Origin: Octopus vulgaris
Lineage: Eukaryota
Reading direction: 5' to 3'
Length of the DNA: 64,000 nt
NCBI GenBank assembly: GCA_951406725.2
Contig: OX597827.1
Coordinates: 53,072,001-53,136,000 of the forward strand
Shown: positions 1-9,414 of the stretch, in pieces
Layout: each line of letters starts with the position of its first letter
Numbering within the stretch: the first letter of the stretch is position 1
Position numbers and translations under genes: made by a program
Notes under the pieces: generated by a model
The model's input: only the letters and a program-made list of their open reading frames with translations
Told to the model about the DNA's origin: nothing
Databases searched by the model: none

Positions 1-432
1 AAACATCATGAAAATTGTTCAAATTGAAGTCCTCCTTCAGTGACACCTTTTCCCATTTGAGTCAATACAGAATTACCAATAGTGTTTATGGTTTACTGTC
101 AGGTGACTTTTGGCCATATAAGCATCTATTGGCTATAAGCATCTGTCAACAGGTTAAGAAAGAAAATAAAGTCTGGTTGCTTGGAGCAACATCATATAAG
201 CTAAGGATTGAAAGGTATCTGATTTTGTATTGTCTGGTCAAGAGAATATCAAGTGTGTTTGTTCAGTATGAATTTGAAAAATTTTGTAGTGTAGAAAAAA
301 CATTATGTCAAATTGAGACCTCATTAAACAAGCCTACTGCATCATTGAAAACTGAACTGTAAATCCATGATGATAATGATCACAGAGGGCAGGATTTATA
401 AGTAATAAGGTACTACAGTTGAAAAACCTTAC

Positions 433-500
433 TGAGTCTTCATAGGTGTCCAATGGGAACAGCTGCAATATAGCTTTTAATAACTCTGGTATTTTGTGTC
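433..500 (-). CDS. FUOM: Fucose mutarotase, coding exon 3 (GHKIPELLKAILQLFPLDTYEDS); gene continues beyond window start
   Basis: Polypyrimidine+AG acceptor at 502-501, GTAAGG donor from 432. 68 nt, phase-compatible with exon 2. Peptide matches human FUOM GLGIPQLLEAVLKLLPLDTYVES as recalled. Confidence 0.93.
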
Positions 501-580
501 CTAAAAAAAGAAAAGAAAGAAATGAATACACACACATATATATACTTATGTATCTATACACATATATACCTATACACAAT

Positions 581-880
581 CATCATCATCATTTAACATC
601 CGTTCTCCATGGGTTGGACGGTTCGACCGGGGATCTGGGAAGCCAGAAGGCTGCACCAGGCTCCAGTCTGATCTGGCAGTATTTCTACAGCTGGATGCCC
701 TTCCTAACGCCAACCACTCCGTGAGTGTAGTGGGTGCTTTTTACGTGCCACCTGCACAAGTGCCAGGCGAGGCTGACAACGGCCACGGTCGGATTGGTGC
801 ATTTTACGTGCCACCGGCACGGAAGCCAGTCGAGGTGGCACTGGCATCGGCCACGATTCGGAAGGTGCTTTTTACGTGCC
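581..880 (-). mobile_element. SINE with (GAT)n RTE-type tail and internal short tandem repeats
   Basis: Same sequence recurs at ~15.2, 20.7, 26.8, 27.6, 28.0 and 45.6 kb; (CAT)n on + strand is the 3' tail. Confidence 0.8.
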
Positions 881-1178
881 AATTTCTCAGTTTTTGAGGA
901 TTTGTATATTTTCTTTTTTTATTTTTTTGCAACATTTTAATGTTTCTATCTCCCTCCCTCTTGCTGTGCATTTGTATATTTCTTAATGTGTGAGTCTGCT
1001 TTTAATGCTACTGCTAAAATAAGTTTAGTGACCAAAAAGCTGTAACCAAATATCCAGTTCATACCCAAAGGCATTATTTGAACAATCTTAATTTCATCAA
1101 GAATTGTGTGTGTGTGTGTGTGTGTGTAGCTATCCAGTTATCTGGTTATAACAAATGATTAAGAAATTTTTAACTTAC

Positions 1179-1247
1179 CATCTGCCCTAATTTCAATTGG
1201 TCCCCGACGACAAATAGATGATGTAGGAAAGTGTGCATCTGCCAAAA
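1179..1247 (-). CDS. FUOM: Fucose mutarotase, coding exon 2 (VLADAHFPTSSICRRGPIEIRADG)
   Basis: ATTTCAG acceptor, GTAAGT donor, 69 nt, phase 1-1. RbsD/FucU family motif LAD.xFP..S and IRADG. Confidence 0.95.
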
Positions 1248-1849
1248 CTGAAATCAAACACAGCAAACAAAAGATCTACTTTTAGGAAGTCTCAATTCAA
1301 GAGTTAATGATTTACTGCCATAAGTACTTATAAGTGAACAATTGAATGCATACAAAACAATATCACATACTTTCTGTTCTTCCCCACAAATTTGAAATGG
1401 TAATATGGAAATTTGTGGCCCTGTATCAATCAGTTAGCAACATTTTTGATGAATGTTAGGAAAATTTGTCATCTCTATTTGTGGCCCAAAGTGTTTCTTG
1501 TTATGGAAAGAGGAAAATCCAGAAACAAGATTCACCTGCAGAAAACCACAAGACTGAAGAATACACTGCTGAGCCTTTAATCCAAATCTGCAATAGTACT
1601 AATTGTATAATTGCTTTGAGCTTAAAAAACTAGGGCTTTGAGAATATTCATGAGAGAAACTGTCTGCAGATAGAGGATCAGTTAAGCTCATCATCTAATA
1701 TACACGGTAAGTGTCTGTACTAATATGGCCTGATGCTCCATCTTAGAATCAAAGGTCATAGAAGAAATGCCCAGTGAAGAAGAAACTAGACTGTCAACAC
1801 AAATACTACTGAATGAAGTTCATCAATATTATAAGCATGGATGGTGAAA

Positions 1850-2182
1850 AGAAAACAGAAGCGATAAAAATGAGCACTTGCACAGCCCTAGACCCCCAAA
1901 CCGCTTGGGCAAAATTTATAATAATAATAATGAAATTATTGTATACAGTGCTCAGGTGCACCACAACTTGTCGGAAAGTGCATATAAAGTACATGCAGTA
2001 ATGTAGAAATGTCTGGAAAGCGAACAATGTAGGAGTCAGATACATGCTTGTGTGTGTATGGAGGGGAGAAAATCAAGTGTAGTGTTGGCGAATCTCAGGA
2101 AGCATGGAAGTTTTGAAGGATGCAATGCTCCGACAACTAACAACTGATGCCGGCAGTTTGTTCCATGCCTCAGCAACTCTCT
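1850..2182 (-). mobile_element. 3' fragment of CR1-like LINE
   Basis: Minus strand reads RVAEAWNKLPASVVSCRSIASFK, the typical CR1 ORF2 C-terminus (WNxLP..VV....SFK), followed by a 3' UTR. Confidence 0.6.
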
Positions 2183-2454
2183 CTTTAGTTGTGGGAATTT
2201 GGAGAAAGTTTGACATCAAACATGCTGACGTCCCTTGAGTATGAATGTTTAGGGGAGAGTGGCTTCGCCTTTTCCTTGCCTAGAAATTTGTCATTGTGCC
2301 TAAATTAGAAATCATATTTACTCCTTTATGTATTTATATCGCTGATAATAAATAAGGTCAAATACTTCTTACACTAAGAATAAAACACCTAATGACGATC
2401 AAAGATTAAAAACCCCAACAATCGAAATAGAGTTTAGATGTAAATATTAGAAAG

Positions 2455-2808
2455 TAGTGGCTGCGTGGCACGAAGTTTGCTTCTCAACTACATGGTTTCA
2501 GGTTCAGTCCCACTGCGTGGCATCCCGGGCAAGTGTCTTCTTCTATAGCCCCGGGTTGACCAAACCCTTGTCACTGTATTTGGTAGACGGGAACTGAAAG
2601 TCCATCGTGTGTGTGTGTGTTCCACCACCGCTTGACAACTAGTGTTGGTGCGTTTACGCCTCGTAAATTAGCGGTTCGACAAAAGAGAGCGATAGAATAA
2701 GACTTAAAAAAAAAAAAAAAAAAAAAACGGTCGGATTCATTCAACTAAAATTCCCCAAAGCGGTGTCCCAGCGTAGCCGCAGTCGAATGACTGAAACAAG
2801 TAAAAGAT
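2455..2808 (+). mobile_element. tRNA-derived CORE-type SINE
   Basis: Degenerate A/B boxes (GGTTCAGTCCC) and a GGGCAAGTGTCTT core; related copies at 23755-23900 and 59230-59370. Confidence 0.7.
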
Positions 2809-3668
2809 GGAAGTATTTTATCTAGAGGTCAATAGTCTGAAAATTATGATCTTGTTTTGTTTAAAACTTTAATTTTCTTTGCAACCAGGAAAATATTACA
2901 TGAAATATACGTGAAAACCAGTGATCTTTATCATCTGATATCAGACCAAGAAAGAGTACTTGTAAATCATTAATTACGTCGACTTCTTAAATTTATACAA
3001 GAATTGGGGGCGGCTCTTCGAATGGAGAGATAAACGCAAATTCGAACGAATGAGAATTGTTATTTTTTAAAGAAATAGATAGAAATTCAGTTTTTCAACA
3101 AAAAGTTTTTGTTTCCATCTACGTTATAAACAAAAACTTATTGATTGTTCAAAGACTTAATTATGTTTGTTTGTTTTTTAAGACTAGATAAAAACATTAA
3201 ATTAAAATATTCAATATAACTGATTTGTGCAAATATATCAAACACATAGCATATATACACATACGGAAATGTAACAACCACCCAAACCATTTCAAATGAA
3301 AGCTTTACAGAAGGAAAACCTTGTGTGGCAATTGTGGCGTGTTCGAGAGCGTACGCATACGTAAGCACCTAGGTGCATAATTTTAAAAGTTTTGCCAACA
3401 AAACCTAAATTGTATGGACATCTTATTTTATCTCGAATGAATGAAGAAAAATTATTGGTGGAATATTTAGATTTGTAATTAATTCATTACGAATAAATAG
3501 AATAAGTCAAAACAAATAAAATTTCTGATAACACAAATTGCATATCGTAACAATAGAATCAACATACACATTTCAAAAAAAAAAAAAAAATGAAAAAGTT
3601 GGCGGGATGTTTTAAGTTTTGTTAGCAGAACGCAAACATTGCATTGCCTTACAAATGTTTCTAAATAC

Positions 3669-3750
3669 CTATTTCATCTCCATGTCCCATAGCAGCTAAT
3701 GCGTGAAGCAAAGCGGGACTGATAATCGAGGGAATTCCTTTCAACGGCAT
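3669..3750 (-). CDS. FUOM: Fucose mutarotase, coding exon 1 (MPLKGIPSIISPALLHALAAMGHGDEI)
   Basis: ATG at 3750-3748, GT donor at 3668-3667. Signature LKGIP..ISP.LL..LA.MGHGDEI of FucU/RbsD; 27 codons + 1 nt joins exon 2 in frame. Confidence 0.96.
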
Positions 3751-3883
3751 TTTCTTGGACGCGAAATAGACAAGTAATTGAGTTGTTGTTGTCAGAGCTT
3801 TCCACTATAGTTGTTTCCCTTGAAGTGGGTGTGTTTCTGCAGCAAAGCAGAGACTTGTATTCTATTTAATACGGCAATACACA

Positions 3884-3900
3884 CCAAAGTAAATACGCTC
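3884..3900. repeat. 17-bp target-site duplication CCAAAGTAAATACGCTC, copy 1 of 3
   Basis: Exact copies at 3884-3900, 5612-5628 and 7339-7355 bound the two element copies. Confidence 0.95.
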
Positions 3901-5611
3901 TATTTCTTTATTACCCACTAGGGGCCACGAAGAGGGAACATTACAAAACATGGGGGACATAAAACAATGCGATTAAAATTATGATTAAATGAATGTTAAA
4001 ATGAAAAAATGATAACATGAAAGCGATGCTAACGGCCCCCTCCGCCAGCATCACTTACCTTTCCGTTTCCTATCGCGATTCCAAAGTTTTTCACCTCACC
4101 TTTCATTTCTCTCTCATATCTCTCTATCATATCATCCTTCAAATATACTGATATACAATTTATTCTTAGTTCATAGCACTTGTTCATCAAAGAGCCCATG
4201 AGTTCAAAATCGAATACCGCATAGCTTCCGTCCTCATACTCCTGCCATACATCGTCTTCAAAAAGCCTTCTTGCGTTCTCAGTATCTCCCTTCCCCACAA
4301 CACATAAAAAGTAGGACTGGGGCTTTTGTATGTTCTGTGTGTCTGTTTTCGTTTTTCTTGTAGGCGGGGAGTGGGTGGGATTGCTGTTTGCGGGAGCAGG
4401 ATGGGTCTCCAAGGGTGTGGGTGGTATTGGGGTGGGTTGGGGCTTCGCACAGTTTTTCCTTTTCTTTCCTTTTCTCTTCTTTCTGCCCTCCTCACACTCT
4501 TTTTGCATCTCCTCCTCCTCTGTCATTTCCCTTTCCGTCTGCTTCTCTTTAATTTCTTCTTCTTTTGGGGCCTCCTCTTTTGGAGTTTCCTCAACGATTT
4601 CCTTTTCTCTTGGTGGGGGAGGGCAGAAGGCTCTTATGTGGCCCCTCAGGCCACACTTGTAACAACGTGGAGCTCTGCCCTCCACCCACACTCTCATAAT
4701 CACGTCTCCCAATTTAATGCTCTCCGCCAGGTCCACCAGTACCTCGTTCTCCGCCTGCACGTTTAGCTCTACTATTACGCCTCTCCAGCCCTCGGTTTTG
4801 ACCGAGGCATGGAGAATATCTACTTTCTCCTCGTGGCCGCTGATCACAGCCGCCACAATCCACTCAGCCTCCACGTTTGGTGGCACTCCCTCCACCCTTA
4901 CTCGTGTGATCCTTCTATTCAAGTACATAGGTAAAAGTGTTACCCTTTCTGACTTCACCGCCTTCACCGCCATCCTCCTCGCTGCAGTCTCACTTTTAAA
5001 ATGCACCACTACAGTACCGTACTTCGATCCTCGAGTCAGAAAAATGATTTCCTCCTCCGATCTTCTCAGGGCCTCCTCTATCCATTCCATGTTTACGATC
5101 TCTATTTTCTTTCTTTCGTTCACGAACACCCTGTAAATTATGGTCCTCTTATTGTACCATTCCTTTCTCTTTGGTGGTGGTTCCAGTTCCACCTCGCCGC
5201 TGTCCTTCCTCATATACCTCTGGAAACCTGGCAATTTTTCTAGGTTTATTTCTTTTTCCTGTTCCGTCTTCTTTTTTGCAACTCCTGCGTACGTTTTCCT
5301 GTTTTTTGTCTCCACATTATTTACATCACCGATTTGCTCGTCTTCAGAGTTCGATGTCTCCGACAAGCTTTCAAATATCCATTCTTCCTCCGACTCCTCC
5401 ACTAGGGAGTGGTCATCCATCTCCTCCCGCCTGACAGGCCAAAACGGCCGTCAAACAGAAAAAGTGTAACGCGCAGAACCAGTGGAACGCGAAACCGCTC
5501 CAACGCCGTTCAAAATTTCCACAACAACAACAACAATTCTTTTTGATCTTTTTTTACCGAATTTTACGAGCGTAAAAAAACACGACCGAACTCGAACAGA
5601 CAACTGCTCAC
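3901..5611 (-). mobile_element. ORF1-only non-autonomous non-LTR retroelement (Tx1/L1-like), copy 1, 1711 bp
   Basis: Flanked by the 17-bp TSD. 191-nt 5' UTR, single ORF, 128-nt 3' UTR ending GCCCCTAGTGGGTAATAAAGAAATA. No RT or endonuclease, no LTRs or TIRs. Confidence 0.85.
4029..5420 (-). CDS. 463-aa LINE ORF1/gag-like protein: acidic N-terminus, RRM-like region, CCHC zinc knuckle, charged/Pro-rich linker, unknown C-terminal domain
   Basis: Intact ORF. CYKCGLRGHIRAFC is CX2CX4HX4C; the RRITRVRVEGVPP motif upstream of the knuckle is typical of Tx1/L1-clade ORF1. Confidence 0.88.
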   Translation of the reverse strand: MDDHSLVEESEEEWIFESLSETSNSEDEQIGDVNNVETKNRKTYAGVAKKKTEQEKEINLEKLPGFQRYMRKDSGEVELEPPPKRKEWYNKRTIIYRVFVNERKKIEIVNMEWIEEALRRSEEEIIFLTRGSKYGTVVVHFKSETAARRMAVKAVKSERVTLLPMYLNRRITRVRVEGVPPNVEAEWIVAAVISGHEEKVDILHASVKTEGWRGVIVELNVQAENEVLVDLAESIKLGDVIMRVWVEGRAPRCYKCGLRGHIRAFCPPPPREKEIVEETPKEEAPKEEEIKEKQTEREMTEEEEMQKECEEGRKKRKGKKRKNCAKPQPTPIPPTPLETHPAPANSNPTHSPPTRKTKTDTQNIQKPQSYFLCVVGKGDTENARRLFEDDVWQEYEDGSYAVFDFELMGSLMNKCYELRINCISVYLKDDMIERYEREMKGEVKNFGIAIGNGKVSDAGGGGR

Positions 5612-5628
5612 CCAAAGTAAATACGCTC
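5612..5628. repeat. 17-bp TSD, copy 2 of 3 (between the two elements)
   Basis: Exact match to 3884-3900. Confidence 0.95.
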
Positions 5629-7338
5629 TATTTCTTTATTACCCACTAGGGGCCACGAAGAGGGAACATTACAAAACATGGGGGACATAAAACAATGCGA
5701 TTAAAATTATGATTAAATGAATGTTAAAATGAAAAAATGATAACATGAAAGCGATGCTAACGGCCCCCTCCGCCAGCATCACTTACCTTTCCGTTTCCTA
5801 TCGCGATTCCAAAGTTTTTCACCTCACCTTTCATTTCTCTCTCATATCTCTCTATCATATCATCCTTCAAATATACTGATATACAATTTATTCTTAGTTC
5901 ATAGCACTTGTTCATCAAAGAGCCCATGAGTTCAAAATCGAATACCGCATAGCTTCCGTCCTCATACTCCTGCCATACATCGTCTTCAAAAAGCCTTCTT
6001 GCGTTCTCAGTATCTCCTTCCCCACAACACATAAAAAGTAGGACTGGGGCTTTTGTATGTTCTGTGTGTCTGTTTTCGTTTTTCTTGTAGGCGGGGAGTG
6101 GGTGGGATTGCTGTTTGCGGGAGCAGGATGGGTCTCCAAGGGTGTGGGTGGTATTGGGGTGGGTTGGGGCTTCGCACAGTTTTTCCTTTTCTTTCCTTTT
6201 CTCTTCTTTCTGCCCTCCTCACACTCTTTTTGCATCTCCTCCTCCTCTGTCATTTCCCTTTCCGTCTGCTTCTCTTTAATTTCTTCTTCTTTTGGGGCCT
6301 CCTCTTTTGGAGTTTCCTCAACGATTTCCTTTTCTCTTGGTGGGGGAGGGCAGAAGGCTCTTATGTGGCCCCTCAGGCCACACTTGTAACAACGTGGAGC
6401 TCTGCCCTCCACCCACACTCTCATAATCACGTCTCCCAATTTAATGCTCTCCGCCAGGTCCACCAGTACCTCGTTCTCCGCCTGCACGTTTAGCTCTACT
6501 ATTACGCCTCTCCAGCCCTCGGTTTTGACCGAGGCATGGAGAATATCTACTTTCTCCTCGTGGCCGCTGATCACAGCCGCCACAATCCACTCAGCCTCCA
6601 CGTTTGGTGGCACTCCCTCCACCCTTACTCGTGTGATCCTTCTATTCAAGTACATAGGTAAAAGTGTTACCCTTTCTGACTTCACCGCCTTCACCGCCAT
6701 CCTCCTCGCTGCAGTCTCACTTTTAAAATGCACCACTACAGTACCGTACTTCGATCCTCGAGTCAGAAAAATGATTTCCTCCTCCGATCTTCTCAGGGCC
6801 TCCTCTATCCATTCCATGTTTACGATCTCTATTTTCTTTCTTTCGTTCACGAACACCCTGTAAATTATGGTCCTCTTATTGTACCATTCCTTTCTCTTTG
6901 GTGGTGGTTCCAGTTCCACCTCGCCGCTGTCCTTCCTCATATACCTCTGGAAACCTGGCAATTTTTCTAGGTTTATTTCTTTTTCCTGTTCCGTCTTCTT
7001 TTTTGCAACTCCTGCGTACGTTTTCCTGTTTTTTGTCTCCACATTATTTACATCACCGATTTGCTCGTCTTCAGAGTTCGATGTCTCCGACAAGCTTTCA
7101 AATATCCATTCTTCCTCCGACTCCTCCACTAGGGAGTGGTCATCCATCTCCTCCCGCCTGACAGGCCAAAACGGCCGTCAAACAGAAAAAGTGTAACGCG
7201 CAGAACCAGTGGAACGCGAAACCGCTCCAACGCCGTTCAAAATTTCCACAACAACAACAACAATTCTTTTTGATCTTTTTTTACCGAATTTTACGAGCGT
7301 AAAAAAACACGACCGAACTCGAACAGACAACTGCTCAC
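5629..7338 (-). mobile_element. ORF1-only retroelement, copy 2, 1710 bp
   Basis: Appears identical to copy 1 except one missing C (CCC at 4288-4290 vs CC at 6016-6017). Confidence 0.85.
5757..7147 (-). pseudogene. ORF1 of copy 2, frameshifted near 6016 (real or homopolymer sequencing error)
   Basis: ORF track splits it into 5915-7147 and 5757-6032; restoring one C gives the 463-aa protein. Confidence 0.75.
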
Positions 7339-7355
7339 CCAAAGTAAATACGCTC
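7339..7355. repeat. 17-bp TSD, copy 3 of 3
   Basis: Exact match; unique sequence resumes at 7356. Confidence 0.95.
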
Positions 7356-7479
7356 GCGTGCACACACGTGTACAGTAAGCACTAATACACATATATTTGC
7401 ATACACACTCACACAGCCAATAACATGCAAGCAGCTGATATATACAGCTGACACACACACACTTAAATATTTGCGCATG
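7356..7479. promoter_or_regulatory. Probable displaced FUOM proximal promoter fragment (E-box, octamer, CCAAT, NRF1-like half site)
   Basis: CACGTG 7365-7370, ATTTGCAT 7395-7402, CCAAT 7417-7421, TGCGCATG 7472-7479. Would lie ~150-275 bp from the FUOM ATG if the 3455-bp insert is removed. Confidence 0.4.
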
Positions 7480-7492
7480 TTGGTGCCCACAT

Positions 7493-8601
7493 TTTGCGAG
7501 GTAACGAGCAAGGTGGCTGCAGTAGCCAAGACCTGGTCTTGGCGGTGGCTATCCTTGAAAGGGAGGGCGGAGGTGGCCAATGTGTTTATCGCATCGGTTA
7601 TCACCTACCGCCTTTCCGTCGTTCCCTGCCCTGATTCGTGGTTGATCAAGTTGGAAAGACAGCTCTTCTACTTCTTGTGGAAGGGCGGGAAACCACTTGT
7701 GAAACGCTCTACTTGCTGTCAACAACCGTTAAAGGGTGGGCTAGGGATGCCTTGGCTGATGATGCGCAGACATGCGCTGAGGTTAAGACATCTGTGGCTC
7801 TACCTGGATGGTGAACGGGTGTGGTCTTCGCTAGCAAAACTGATGTTTCCCAAGTTCACCAGTTTCGGTGGATGGGAAACCTGGCTGAATCGTAGATCGA
7901 AACTTGGTACTTGGTACACGGAGTGTCGCAAGGCTCTCCTGCTATTCCGTCGCTCGGGCAACGCCTGCGGTGGGGGTTCCACCACATTCTTCTATAGAGG
8001 GTTGGTAGAGGCGGAATGTGAAGATACCTTGGGGGAAACCCTAGGTCTCGACGATAATCAGCTGGCCAGTCTGTTCCGACGTACGTTCGAGCCAAGGACA
8101 CTGGACAACTTCCAGAAGTCTCTGGCATGGCAATGCTACAGAGGAGCTCTACCTGTTCGGGATAAACTCGCAAGGCACGGTGGCCAAGACAGTCCGATAT
8201 GTCCAAGATGCGGGCGGGATAGGGAAACCGTCCCGCACGCGATTGTTCATTGTCCGGACGTGTCTGAGGTGTGGGTTTATGCCGAACACCTGTTGTCAGG
8301 TACACGAAGAGTACAGCTGTCGACTGAGTCGATTACAAAAATTGACCCACCGGATTTCCTCGTGAATGAAGGTAAGTTTCGTTTTCTCGTTGTAGTAGCA
8401 ATCGCGAAAGAGGTGATATGGAAGACGAGAATGAAAGGTGTACAGTCAGGCAAGTTCATCTCCGGCCCTGGTTTGATGAAGTATTTCATCTTTCACCTGA
8501 AAAGGAAGATAGGGCTGGAGAGAATATGCCTGACTAGGAGAGTGTATGAAGAACGATGGAAGGATGTAGCACGAAAGTTGCGAGCGAAAGATACAACATA
8601 A
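7493..8601 (+). CDS. C-terminal part of Tx1-type ORF2 (post-RT region and zf-RVT CCHC); no native start
   Basis: Uninterrupted frame with W..RWLSLKGR, FLWKG, GGLGMP, LPVRDKL and CPRCGRDRETVPHAIVHC. Confidence 0.85.
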
Positions 8602-8845
8602 ATGTGATACCAAGCTTAACCAAAAGTATCAGTGGGGAGGCGGGGCTCGTGGGGTCCGAGCTAAACCCGCACCCACTCCACCCGTAACGTCTTCCGGTCT
8701 GTCCCATCATCCGATTTCTGTCCATTTATTGTAATTCATGAAAATTTTTAAATCCGATTTTGTGTAAAAACCATTCGTATGTCTGACCCCAAATCAGATT
8801 GTTTTGTCCCCTCTGTGTTCGCCCCTTGTGGGTAATAATAAAACA
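7493..8845 (+). mobile_element. 5'-truncated Tx1-clade (L1 group) LINE with 16-bp TSD
   Basis: ATGTTGGTGCCCACAT at 7477-7492 and 8846-8861. Contains the ORF2 C-terminus and a 3' UTR ending GCCCCTTGTGGGTAATAATAAAAC. Confidence 0.9.
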
Positions 8846-9317
8846 ATGTTGGTGCCCACATATGGCCGTGTTTCTGTTAGTCCCTCCAAAGGCCAGCCAG
8901 ATACGAAGGCACTACCAGCTTCCTGCCCAAACACGACCTGCCTTGATCAATAGCAGCCTTGTTTCCAGTAGCCATTCAGTTAACGAAACCTGAATGAACT
9001 AGGTTTCTGTAAAGAGGCCTGCAAAACTTTAAGCCACATAGAGCCAAATCAAACCGTTTTAAATAATAATTAATGTAACTCCTACTAAATGTGTTGAGTG
9101 CCTTTTTCTTTTGTTTGCCCCCACCAAGCATATGCACAGAGTGTTTGAAGTGGTGTACAGATATTGTATATTAAGAAGAAGGAGGCAGTCAGAATTTTTG
9201 ATAATTCTTTATTAGTGTTTTTGTTTATTTAACTGAACTCTTCAAGATAATAAAACCAGGATCATTGTCAGTGCTAATAAAGAATTATCCAAAATTCTGA
9301 CTGCCTCCTTTTTTTAA

Positions 9318-9354
<37 letters not shown>

Positions 9355-9378
9355 CACATACACACACACATGTGTATG

Positions 9379-9414
<36 letters not shown>

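Noticed and set aside
15-362. 115-aa ORF or a further FUOM exon
   Set aside because: No FUOM exon-4-like peptide on the minus strand and no recognisable motif; intronic.
1357-1710. Possible extra exon in FUOM intron 1
   Set aside because: Donor-like words are present, but exons 1 and 2 already join seamlessly and no open homologous frame was found.
3860-3900. Target site as a known snRNA, tRNA or rRNA gene (usual Tx1 targets)
   Set aside because: Neither target nor flanks resemble U1, U2, U5, U6, 5S or tRNA sequences as I recall them; an Rfam scan is needed to be certain.
4029-5420. Domesticated host zinc-knuckle gene
   Set aside because: Intronless, TSD-flanked, duplicated and ending in a LINE-type 3' motif; it behaves as a mobile element.
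5581-5611. Inr/DPE internal promoter in the element 5' end (GCAGTT, GGTCGTG)
   Set aside because: Motifs are suggestive but spacing does not fit the canonical +28 to +32 rule; left unannotated.
4187-7196. Overlapping and antisense ORFs within the element
   Set aside because: Shadows of a purine-biased coding strand, with no motifs.
3884-7355. CRISPR-like or LTR-retrotransposon reading of the triple 17-mer
   Set aside because: The 'spacers' are 1.7-kb identical units, there are no cas genes, TG..CA LTRs, PBS or pol, and the context is eukaryotic. TSDs explain it.
7471-7492. N-terminus (MRMLVPT) of the 376-aa ORF
   Set aside because: It is flanking DNA and TSD fortuitously in frame with the truncated ORF2.
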